A stretch of 63,808 nucleotides of DNA, counting the filler, from Nemertoderma westbladi (Eukaryota > Animalia > Xenacoelomorpha), in the NCBI GenBank assembly GCA_032718475.1. It is 3 parts of 3 records of this genome, joined end to end, with 100 filler letters (N's around TTAATTAATTAA, not from the genome) between each part and the next. Parts side by side here need not be neighbours in the genome. Positions count along the whole stretch, not along the records: positions 25,155 to 56,336 come from JAUCBJ010005694.1; 2 more parts are not named here. One strand, given 5' to 3'. The number at the start of each line of letters is the position of its first letter. Within the stretch, counting starts at the first letter, position 1. Positions 25,285 through 35,154 of this stretch are shown here, piece after piece. Under the pieces are notes generated by a model. It ran no database searches, was not told the DNA's origin, and worked only from the letters and a program-made list of their open reading frames with translations. Both the position numbers and the translations under genes were made by a program.

Positions 25285-28200
25285 TTACGTTATAGAGTCC
25301 CTAGATATTTGTCGGATTAGGGAAGCGGTCGTAGGAAGAGTATCTTGCCTTCCATAGTTTCCGGACAGTTTTCGGTCTCTTTCCAGTAAACATAAACGAC
25401 CAGCTGGGTGATTGGGTTGTCGTGTTACTTTCTCCGCTCCCTTGGCCTGTCTACTCTCCGCCGTGGTAAGATGAGGAGGCCATTCATCTTCTTCTTTACT
25501 TAGGGAGTCGGGTCCACCTAAACAGCCGGGAGTATCTATCCGTTCTTGAGGAGTCGCTCCTCTGGAAGCGATGTCGGCTAGATTAATCATCTCGGGGCGA
25601 TGTCTCCATTGATCTTCATTGGAGTTAATATCGTCATTATCTGAGGAGTATGGTGTTCCCTCAGTTAGTTCGTCCACTTCACTGCTCTCCACTTCCAAAC
25701 CATTTATCTGGTATAGTCTTTCTGATGGTAGTCTCTCTTCGAGAGTTCTGCGGGAAGGACCAGTAAAGTACCAACCTACTCTAGTTCTTACCGCATAGGT
25801 TTGTAGTGGCTGCGGTTGAGCAGGTCGTTTTTCCAATGTCTCGAGCGCCTCGTGCGCGTTTTGGCCGATAAGTATTTGCACTCCAGGATAATCTGTCTGG
25901 AATCGAGGTATCTTAAGATGTTGGATGCTCTCATCCTCGTCCCAATTATAAAGGTCTGCTTGGGTAGTAGCGAAGTTCTTTATAGCCACCATTTTTACTG
26001 ACCTTATACTTTGTGCTCCTAATTTATCCTGGGGGGTGGACAACGCACCTACATAGTAATCTGCCGTTATGGTAGATTTCCAAACCTGCATAATTCCTGA
26101 CATATTCAATTTAGTCCGGAACTTGGGTTGTCCAGCAAAGATATCTTCGGCTAGTTCTTGATCGATGAATGTTCCTGTACTGCCGGAGTCAAGTAGGGCG
26201 TTCACTATGTAACTCTTGTTGGGACCATGAACTCGAACTTGCACTACAGGAAATTCTCTTATTCCTATGTTGGAAGCTGGAACTTTCCAAGATGGTTGTT
26301 TGTCAAAAGGAGTTGGAGTAAACTCGTCAGTGTCCCTTTCATCCGTAAGTGCTCGATACACTGTGGTATTTATTAGATAACAGGATTCGTTGGCATCGGA
26401 GAATTCGTCTGTATAGAATCCTTCCCACTCAGAACCTTGGTCAGTGTCGTTCACATCACTGAATTGGACATGTAGTTCGGGCTCACTTACCTGACTCGGG
26501 TTGTCTCGTTCGAACTCACTGTGTAACAAGATGTGATGTTTCGCGCCACACTTTGCACACTTTACGTCGGAGTAACAGGTTCGCCGTTGGTGTCCTGATC
26601 TGAGGCAATTATAGCATAACCGCTTATTCCACAGGACTGTACGTCTGTCTACAGGGGATTTCTTTAGAAATTCCGCACACGCACTCAAACGGTGGGGCCC
26701 GTCGCACAGCGCACATTTTGGTTTGATGTTACTCACCTTAACTTGGTTAACGTTCTGCACTCTCGTTCTTTCTTCGGGCTTTCTTCCGTGAATTCTCTTA
26801 GGAGACGTAGGAGGAGTTGTTGTTACCTGTTCTCTCCTGTCACTGGTTCGAGACTTGTATTTACTTACGTCTTTATAGGTCTTGTTGTCATAGTAAGATT
26901 TTGCTGTGTCTTTCCCGCTGTCCTCTTCTTGAGAAGCTTGGCTTTCGCCGTCGTCAGTATAACACACTGGTATTATCCTTCTCCTAGAAACGGGTTTCTC
27001 ACTTACCTTATTTTCCGATGTTTTCTCTCTGGACTGCCTTATGAGTTGTAATTTTACTTCACTATCTAAGAAAGACATGAGATCAGCCATGGTAGGACTT
27101 CGTCGTTGTTGTTCATTCATGTACAACACTTTCTTGTCCCAGCGTGTACATACTCCACCCTTTGGTAAAGTAGAGACTACGGCTCCAATGACCATGGAAC
27201 TCTGATATTCATGCGACTTACCTAACCAGTCCAGTTGTCTACAGATCTCTTGAATTTCATCGGAAAACTCTATAATCCCGCTACTAAGGAAGTGTCGGGG
27301 GGCTACTAATTTTGCATACAAATACTTAGCTATGTTATCCTTGTTACCATACCTGATGTTTAATGTATCCCAAACTTGTCTTAATCCATCTGGATGTCCA
27401 ATAAACTTTAACGCCATTAACTTGGGAGGTCCTTCCAAACACTTGATGAGGAATCTAAGTTTCTCTCCGTTAGATAGTACAGAGTTCTGTATGCTATCTT
27501 TGTAATATTCGTTGAAAGGTAACCATTTCATCTCATCCCCATTGAATTTGACGATCTCTCCCACTTTGACCGCTTGGCGGGCTTCTGTTCTAGCCATCTG
27601 ACGCGTAAAGCTTTCTTGGGCCATCGTGTTATTTAATATCGAATTATCGGTATACAAATTTCTCGGATCATTATCAGGTCTATAGGGAATATCGTTAATA
27701 ACAGGTCTATCATCACCCTTAATAGGGTTGACTATAGGAGTTTCAACTTCACTAGCAGTATATATGCGTGTAGGCTCCACACCTTGCGCATGTGATACTT
27801 CAGACCTAACGGGTTGACTCAATGTTACCGGGGGCATTGGTATGCCTTTTTGTATATTGACTAATTTGTCGCGTTCTAGCGCGATACTTTGCTGCACTTC
27901 TTGCAACTCTGCTCTACTTTCCCTCACCGTTCCCTTAAGTTGGTGGACAGTCTCCTGCATCTGTCCTAGCAGGAGATTCATCCCCCGCCGTCCCTCTTCC
28001 ACCCACTCAACCGCCGAAGCGGGAGTCGCCAACATAGTAGCGGGCTGACGCGGGACGACGGGAGACAAATTATTGATTTCTCTCTCTGCTATCTGGACAG
28101 GGGTATTTGCATGGACTGTTCCACCGGGTACAGGCAGTGTAGTGCTATGTAAAGGGAATTTAGAGTTAAGCTCTGGAAGTGCAGGGGTCTCTAGCATAGA

Positions 28201-29841
28201 AGTGACTTTGGGAATTACAGGCCTAATTATTTCAGGTTCATCGACTATAGTAGGGAGTCTTTTGACCTGGATAAATTGTTCTATAGGTTCTGCACTACCT
28301 AAATCTGTGCTAGTTAGCTGTCTTTTAACAGCTGGGGGCAAATCAGGCAATTTGCGACGGTAATATGTTTTTCTACGCCTACTTAGATGAGATCTATTTC
28401 CTCCGCCTTCAGGATCGGTAGTATCACCTTCCTCCGAGGATGTGTATCCTTGGCGCTTGGGAGTAGATTTTCTCATCATCTGCATTTGATTAGCAGTGAA
28501 CTGTTTATTTATACTGTCTTGTGTCTCTTGCAGATTTTCCAACTCCAGTTGGGTAGTCTGCTCAGATGCTCTCCTTTCTACTTCTGCCACTGCCTTCGCT
28601 GCCTTTCTTTCGGCTTCTGCATCTGCCATAACCGCCGCCATATCCGCCGCCTTTTGTTCCTCTATCCTTCTTTTCTTTATTTGTTCTTCTCGGACTCTAG
28701 TGAGGCGGAGTTTTTCATCACATTCAGCTTGGTTTGCAGCTAACATTTCGGCATCGATTGAGTCTAACACAAGCTTGGTTCCTTCACTATTAGGGGAAAG
28801 TCCATGTAGCCGTCTCATCAACTCTTCGTCTCCTAGGAATCGCTGATAGTCGGACAAATAAATGTCGATAGCGTCTCTAGTTCGCGGTTTCTCGGCGGCC
28901 TCTTCGCTTTCCTCTTGAGCAAGGGTGACATCAGTTTGTTCGGAGACATCAGTCGGTTCCTCATAGATTGATCTCTCAGCCAGCTGGGATTTCCACGGGG
29001 CTGTTTCCTGTACTTTGAGATCTACTCGATGTAGCCAAGTTTTGACAGCAACCTGCAGCGACGTGTCCTGTCTTCTTTTGGAAGTTTCCTCAAAGGCTGA
29101 GAGGATTAGTCGAATGCGTAGGGTTCTTTCGCGTATTTGATATAGCAGTTCTTCCTGCTCTTGAGGTCCGTGAGGTTGTAGAAACAGTTGTTCCTCCAAT
29201 CGCTCCAAGGATCCGAAGAATCCCTGCACATATCCTGCTGCCGACCTCTTCCAAACAGCTGGATCCATGGTATCTTTTGCCACTCCCATCCTGTGTATAT
29301 CTTCCCAAGTAGCCTCGGACATATCAAACGGAAGTCCGAGTCCGGGAAAGTTCCATTGTGATTCAACAATAGATCTCAATTCTTCCCTGGCGTATCCCGC
29401 GTAATTATCTTGGGTCGCTTGCTTATTCTTCGCCCAGTCGGTTTGATGTTCTTCCACCGCAATGAGTATAGTAGTCAGCACTGCAGCAGGAAGAGTAAGA
29501 AGGGGGTCCGAGTAGACTGTATCAGCCATCTGCACTCCATGTTCGGGAGTCAACTCTACAGTATCCGAACTGCTGGAGCTATCAGGTCTCTGGGAAGTAG
29601 GTTCTTGACCAAGATGTTGCTGCGATAGGACAACTGCCTCTTGGTCCCGTTTTACCTGTGCCCGAGTGCCTATGATGGACCTATGGTGGACTAGCCTAGG
29701 GTCTGATACTACTGGAGGGATGACCTTTTTTACAGTAGGAGGTGAGCCGAACTTCTCTATTATTCGCTCCACTCTCCTATCTGAATCACAGATAGTGGTC
29801 TCGATCAGACTGTCCGACAGGGTTTGCTGAGTGTCAGACAT
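25285..29841 (-). CDS. gag: BEL/Pao Gag-protease polyprotein, 1518 aa, with RT/RNase H and integrase deleted in frame
   Basis: Long acidic/coiled-coil N-terminus; DUF1759-like capsid KFNGDEMKW...EKLRFLIKCLEG; three knuckles CALCDGPHRLSAC, CYNCLRSGHQRRTC, CAKCGAKHHILLH; aspartic protease ALLDSGSTGTFI; no RT or DDE motifs. Confidence 0.92.
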   Translation of the reverse strand: MSDTQQTLSDSLIETTICDSDRRVERIIEKFGSPPTVKKVIPPVVSDPRLVHHRSIIGTRAQVKRDQEAVVLSQQHLGQEPTSQRPDSSSSSDTVELTPEHGVQMADTVYSDPLLTLPAAVLTTILIAVEEHQTDWAKNKQATQDNYAGYAREELRSIVESQWNFPGLGLPFDMSEATWEDIHRMGVAKDTMDPAVWKRSAAGYVQGFFGSLERLEEQLFLQPHGPQEQEELLYQIRERTLRIRLILSAFEETSKRRQDTSLQVAVKTWLHRVDLKVQETAPWKSQLAERSIYEEPTDVSEQTDVTLAQEESEEAAEKPRTRDAIDIYLSDYQRFLGDEELMRRLHGLSPNSEGTKLVLDSIDAEMLAANQAECDEKLRLTRVREEQIKKRRIEEQKAADMAAVMADAEAERKAAKAVAEVERRASEQTTQLELENLQETQDSINKQFTANQMQMMRKSTPKRQGYTSSEEGDTTDPEGGGNRSHLSRRRKTYYRRKLPDLPPAVKRQLTSTDLGSAEPIEQFIQVKRLPTIVDEPEIIRPVIPKVTSMLETPALPELNSKFPLHSTTLPVPGGTVHANTPVQIAEREINNLSPVVPRQPATMLATPASAVEWVEEGRRGMNLLLGQMQETVHQLKGTVRESRAELQEVQQSIALERDKLVNIQKGIPMPPVTLSQPVRSEVSHAQGVEPTRIYTASEVETPIVNPIKGDDRPVINDIPYRPDNDPRNLYTDNSILNNTMAQESFTRQMARTEARQAVKVGEIVKFNGDEMKWLPFNEYYKDSIQNSVLSNGEKLRFLIKCLEGPPKLMALKFIGHPDGLRQVWDTLNIRYGNKDNIAKYLYAKLVAPRHFLSSGIIEFSDEIQEICRQLDWLGKSHEYQSSMVIGAVVSTLPKGGVCTRWDKKVLYMNEQQRRSPTMADLMSFLDSEVKLQLIRQSREKTSENKVSEKPVSRRRIIPVCYTDDGESQASQEEDSGKDTAKSYYDNKTYKDVSKYKSRTSDRREQVTTTPPTSPKRIHGRKPEERTRVQNVNQVKVSNIKPKCALCDGPHRLSACAEFLKKSPVDRRTVLWNKRLCYNCLRSGHQRRTCYSDVKCAKCGAKHHILLHSEFERDNPSQVSEPELHVQFSDVNDTDQGSEWEGFYTDEFSDANESCYLINTTVYRALTDERDTDEFTPTPFDKQPSWKVPASNIGIREFPVVQVRVHGPNKSYIVNALLDSGSTGTFIDQELAEDIFAGQPKFRTKLNMSGIMQVWKSTITADYYVGALSTPQDKLGAQSIRSVKMVAIKNFATTQADLYNWDEDESIQHLKIPRFQTDYPGVQILIGQNAHEALETLEKRPAQPQPLQTYAVRTRVGWYFTGPSRRTLEERLPSERLYQINGLEVESSEVDELTEGTPYSSDNDDINSNEDQWRHRPEMINLADIASRGATPQERIDTPGCLGGPDSLSKEEDEWPPHLTTAESRQAKGAEKVTRQPNHPAGRLCLLERDRKLSGNYGRQDTLPTTASLIRQISRDSIT

Positions 29842-31202
29842 ATTTAGTTATACAGTTGAATGTCTACTACTATAGTTTCAGTTAAAGCAAGTCTAGTAAT
29901 TCAGTATGACCGCAAGCCTAGCGATTTATTACCGGTACCGTTACCCAGTGTAACGTGATATATACACAATATATTAGAATACCGGTATGCTTATAATATA
30001 TAAGTGTTATTACAGACTAGATGTGTCACAGAGTACCGGTATAATTTTAGCACAAATATATATATATATAGTAGGCCTATAATGAATACCGGTATACAGC
30101 CTACACTTACAGCATGTAAGTATAATTATGAACTAGAATTAATTACAGAGTACCGGTATGATTTCCGCTCAAATATATAGTGATAAATATAATAAGCCTA
30201 TAATGAGTACCGGTATGTCAATTATTTTAGGATATTTGAATCTCTGAATATTTTAGGGCTACTTGGTTACTTTAACTTACTTTATTACCGTTATTTAAGC
30301 AGTAGTCCAACTGATAGTGAGACCTAGTTGTCGTATGGCAGGCCTACTATTTATAAATCGTTTGAGTTGATTTATAATATTTATATACCCGTTATATGGG
30401 TTTTTGTCAATATTTGAAATAAATGTTATTATTTCTGGGGGAGTCACTACACAGAAGCTGAACGCCTCTCAATGAAGTGCTATTTATTTGACACTAAAAC
30501 TGATAATTCTAATTTACCTAAGTTACTTAATACTACAAATTACTTACGATACGGGTGAGATTAATTCTCTAATTAAACACAACAAAATATTACGTACGAA
30601 ATTTTTAGGGTAATTTTACAGGAAGTCTACAAACCAGTCCAACAAAGGGTTAGATTTCTGGCTATTACAACGGACAGGGTACTACGGTATTTGAAATAAT
30701 AAGTAGTAGTAAATATATTGTACTGTCCAGATAGGAAAATACCACCGCCTGACGACCTATAACCGTATCGCTATAGGTACTACGTTATGTATCACGGATT
30801 GTTCCTACCCAGAAGCTAATAGAGCTAACGAATGTGCCTATCAACCACTTTACAACACAAATATACTGCCTACACTAATTACTTCGGAAGGCACTGTACT
30901 CTAAACCCTAAATTAGGTACAAGTACCGGTATAACAAATAATCAGTAGTTAAATATACTTGAACAGTTAAAAGAACCACGGCATCTGCTGGAGTGACCGA
31001 AGCACAAAGTCGTCAGTCTTTACCTACGCCAAGCAGCCCTGATGTAGTACCGGGGTTAGTTTAACTATAACGGTATGTATAACAAGCACAATTACTGTAG
31101 GAATAAACTTGGGGACATGAATGTTGCGAATAATCGCATAAACTCTGAATAATAAATATTACGCTACCCGTACAGAATACTCAAACAAATACAAACCAAA
31201 CG

Positions 31203-31713
31203 CTGGCAGACTACTATCAAGCCTAAACAAACTACTGTATGTGCAGATTCTGAAACTGTTAGTTAGTATGCGTGCTAACACGGTAGTACGACTTACTCTT
31301 TAAGAGGGGATTGACCTTACAGTGTTGACTGCCCCAACTTACTAACGGCACTTGATCAGACCAACTCTACACACGCAGCAATCCCTTCAGACCTAAAAAT
31401 AGCTAGACAACAATCCAGCCTACAAAATCTCTGAGTAATAACTATTACGGTACCTGAACAGACCACACAAACAAACACAGGCTAAAAACACTGGCAGACT
31501 ACGATCAAGCCTAAATAAACTACGGTATATGCAGACTCTGAAACTGTTAGTTAGTATGCGTGCTAACACGGTAGTACGACTTACTCTTTAAGAGGGGATT
31601 GACCTTACAATTATGACTGCCCCAACTTACTAACGGCACTTTATCAGACAAACTCTACACACGCCGTAATCTCTCCAAACCCAACCACAGTCAGACAGCA
31701 GCTCAGCCTACAA
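31203..31713. repeat. Two direct copies (period ~288 bp) in the leader of copy B
   Basis: CTGGCAGACTAC..TCAAGCCTAAA...CTGAAACTGTTAGTTAGTATGCGTGCTAACACGGTAGTACGACTTACTCTTTAAGAGGGGATTGACCTTAC occurs twice. Confidence 0.9.
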
Positions 31714-31973
31714 TTATCTGAACAATCTGAGCAGGGTCACACGCCTTCTGCTCAATATTAGCCTACTAGTAAATAAAACTGACAGAAATAGACCTAAGTA
31801 AAATCCCAATAAAAACCAGGCGTCCCCGATTTAATATCGAGACCTACCGGTATACAATAATCAAAATCGAATAATACTAATGTACTTATACAGCAGTACC
31901 GGTACCGGTGATGACAGTTAGGCCTACTGACCTACAGAAGCACCGGTTCAGTTTTACCAGTCACTACGGTATT

Positions 31974-32170
31974 TTGCAACCTTATTGCCTACTGCAATAA
32001 GATTGTAAACCGTTACTGTTCGTCAGAACAGTATTAAACTGTATTTAATGCCTACACTTGCAACCTTATTGCTTACTGCAATAAGAAAATAAACTGTTAC
32101 TGTTCGACAGAACAGTATTAAACTGTATTTAATGCTTACACTGCAATACAAAGTAAACTGTTACTGTTCG
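31974..32170. repeat. Short tandem repeats (~2.5 units) reiterating the LTR/leader junction
   Basis: TTGCAACCTTATTGC.TACTGCAATAAGA twice; GTTACTGTTCG three times, the last overlapping the LTR end. Confidence 0.8.
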
Positions 32171-33405
32171 CGCTTTCGAAGACCTTTAGCAGTTTAACCT
32201 GCCAAAATTTATATGTCTTTTAGTTAATTAAAACCACTTTAGCATACGACAATAATTTATGCTAATACGCAAAACATTAGCCGAAGTCAGCCCATGCGCG
32301 ATCATTCACCCGATGGATCTACACCCGGGAGACTGAATTCGGATGCTTGAATTGTATTATTACAGTGTAAGGTTGCAGTGTATACCTAATGTATTATTCG
32401 ATAGATCGTTAATAATTAATCTCTGACAGATATTATTGGCTTTCGGGAAATATTAACAGTTCCTTTAGGACGTGGCGCTTTATCTATTTAAACAGAACTA
32501 AGACTTATACTAAAACGCAACGATACTGCTTATGATTAAAGTATAAAACGTATTCTTTAGGAAATACTTTGTTACCAATCACAATCATACACACTATTCT
32601 GCCGACAGTCAGTACATTTGATCACACATAAAGAGAGCAGTAATTGACTCACGTAGGGTCTGCTAAATAACATTGGATTCAATACACACCACATTAATAT
32701 AAATCGCAATTGTTATGTATAGCCGGTCTCTCTAACCTGTAGTGTTATCAAGAAAATTGGGAATTGGGTGATTTATCCGTATTATCCAAATAGCAATATT
32801 TCCATCAACAAATATTTACAATTAATAACTGACGGTAAAATAACAGTACAAACAATATGATTAATGAGTTAGAAGTATCAAGGTGAGATGAGTGATTTAA
32901 GTCAGGTAACAGTTTATACTTTCGATAATTCAAGCAGTTTACGGTACAGCAGTATCTATCCAAAAATGCCGGTGTTTCTGGCTTAGACAGCAATAACAAC
33001 AAGTATCAAGAAAAAAACAGTAAGACTGAACACTCTCCTTATGATCGGCAGGAAAGCTACACGTCGACAGGAAAAACCGCCCTGATTGGCCCAAACCAAA
33101 CAAAGAACCACGCGTCCAATGGCTGTTTCCATGTCAGCAACCAGCTGCTAGATGTCGTAATATGAATCATCACGGCTAAGCTGTGAAAGGTGGTTGGTGC
33201 ATTACAAGTTTTTTGTCTTACCATGTCCGCTAAAACACGTATATAGCAGAATGATTTTTATGTCCGTTAAAACACCTGTAAAGGTACCTTGCGGGCGAGG
33301 GGAATATATATACAGTTAGGAAACCCTTTTTAGAGTATTCCAGCGCCTGGGGGGGAACTGGCCAGCAAAGGCAAACGTATCAGTTATCCCACAAAAGCTT
33401 TTACA
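32165..33405 (-). repeat. Long terminal repeat (putative 5' LTR of copy B)
   Basis: Minus strand starts TGTAAAAGCTTTTG and ends GCGCGAACA; diverged homolog of 5640-6811. Confidence 0.8.
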
Positions 33406-34149
33406 GTAACGCCTGACTCCCGAGCCCCAGTAATGCAGTAATGTTACGGTACTGCCAGACTACCGAACTACAGTAAGTCTACACACAACATCTATATATA
33501 TATATAGAAAAAACCCGAACTATCAGTTAGTTACATATACCGGTACTATATACCTTTACCATAAGTTTCAATTATGTTCTCAATGGCTATTTCAGTTTGA
33601 AAAATTTCTGGTTGATTGTCTCATGGTTTCGCAAATTAAAAGTCATTAGTCGATCGGCAAGAACATCCCATTCTCCTTGTATATTACAAAGCAGTAGTTG
33701 TTCAGCTTCAACCGTCGCTACATCCTTTACTGATGGATACTTCCACTTCAAGTTTGACCCCTTCTTAACCCGATCGAGATGCTCTACCAAAAATGTGTTA
33801 TTGTCAAATACCTTCTGACAATAACCAATATACCAGGTATTACCACTATCTGTTGCCCATAGTGTAACACAAATTTGGTTCACTTCCAAAATGGCTTCCC
33901 CCTTTTCTTTATCTCCATCTTCATTGGGTTTTTCTTCCTTCAGGGCTGCTAAGGCGTCAGAATTTTTTGGCAGTGGTACCAAACTACAAGTAGTGCCACT
34001 TAGCAGTATGCACAGATTAGTAAGTCTCTCCTCATGCATTACTTTATTCAATTTAAACAATTGTGGAGTAGCTATGACATCACTCTTGTGGGTGTCTCGA
34101 TAGTAAGCAAGTTCAGCCCTGACAATTACTTCAGCAATATCTGGTTTGG

Positions 34150-35139
34150 GTTGCCAAGGATTTTGAAAAGCTAGAATTGCGACTGGATGATAAATTACTT
34201 CAATTCGAAGAAGAAGTTGAGCACCTTCGTATGCAATCGATTAGACAGGAGCAAGTAATTGGAGATAATAATCAAAAGGCTCATACGAGGATAAATGAGT
34301 TGCGAGATGTTATTGGAAGTAAAGCAGAGGAAAGTCAAAAGAAGATAGATGATCTTGAAACTAAAGTAATGAATGTTAAGGACTGCACCAACAAGTATAA
34401 TGTCAGTAGTCAACCGGAAGAAGTCAATGGTGGCCAATGGACCAAGGTATCATATTCTGCGAAGGTAAAAACACCTCGAAATAGTAATGGTACGAATATC
34501 GCCATTCTCTCGAAACAAATAAAATTAGAGGAGGAGGAACATAACAAACGCAAAACGAATGTTGTCGTTAAGGGATTGAGAGGTCACGATGACAAGGCAC
34601 AAGTTATTGACATTGCTGCATATCTGGACATCCAATTATCCAAAGAAGAAATAACGACTAAGCGTGTATCCAAACAGCCATTGTCTAACCAACAAAGTAA
34701 ACTGCTGATAGTAACTGTTCCACGGGAGAAAAGATCATCTCTCTTAAGGAAAGCTCGAGAATTGCGTCACTCTGATAGATATGACAATATATATATTACA
34801 CCGGACTATACCCCAGAAGAAAGTAGATCACAGTTCGAGTTACGTGAGGAACGGCGGCGACTAATGGTTGCGTACCCAGATAAATACTGGGTAATAAATA
34901 AAGGGTCGGTAGTAGAGAGTCCACGGAGCACAATTCATAGGAGTAAGTCTGTTATGGTCAAACCGTCAAGTGGTCCGGCAGATATCACTACTCCGTCATC
35001 GCAGGCTGACCACGACGCGACAACAACAGCTCACCAAATAGTTGATCTCACCAACCCCTCTCCAAACGCCCACTCAAATAGTGAACAGCAATCTCGCACT
35101 CGGCAGAGCTTTGAGGACCTAGTTACAAAGACTGATTGA
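34150..35139 (+). CDS. LINE ORF1 (coiled coil plus RNA-binding domain), 5'-truncated
   Basis: Frame open from the insertion junction (VAKDFEKLELRLDD...); RKTNVVVKGL and IYITPDYTPEE...LREE motifs typical of CR1/L2 ORF1. Confidence 0.85.
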   Translation, partial: VAKDFEKLELRLDDKLLQFEEEVEHLRMQSIRQEQVIGDNNQKAHTRINELRDVIGSKAEESQKKIDDLETKVMNVKDCTNKYNVSSQPEEVNGGQWTKVSYSAKVKTPRNSNGTNIAILSKQIKLEEEEHNKRKTNVVVKGLRGHDDKAQVIDIAAYLDIQLSKEEITTKRVSKQPLSNQQSKLLIVTVPREKRSSLLRKARELRHSDRYDNIYITPDYTPEESRSQFELREERRRLMVAYPDKYWVINKGSVVESPRSTIHRSKSVMVKPSSGPADITTPSSQADHDATTTAHQIVDLTNPSPNAHSNSEQQSRTRQSFEDLVTKTD

Positions 35140-35154
35140 CAACCAACCATCCCG

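Larger units (their letters stand above)
25155..33405 (-). mobile_element. BEL/Pao LTR retrotransposon copy B, internally deleted (5' LTR, ~2.3-kb leader, gag-protease, start of 3' region cut by gap)
   Basis: LTR homologous to 5640-6811 upstream and co-oriented; ORF C-terminus and post-stop sequence (GGAGTGGG...TTATTATAATCGTTTT) match copy A at ~460-650 and 2354-2620. Confidence 0.8.
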
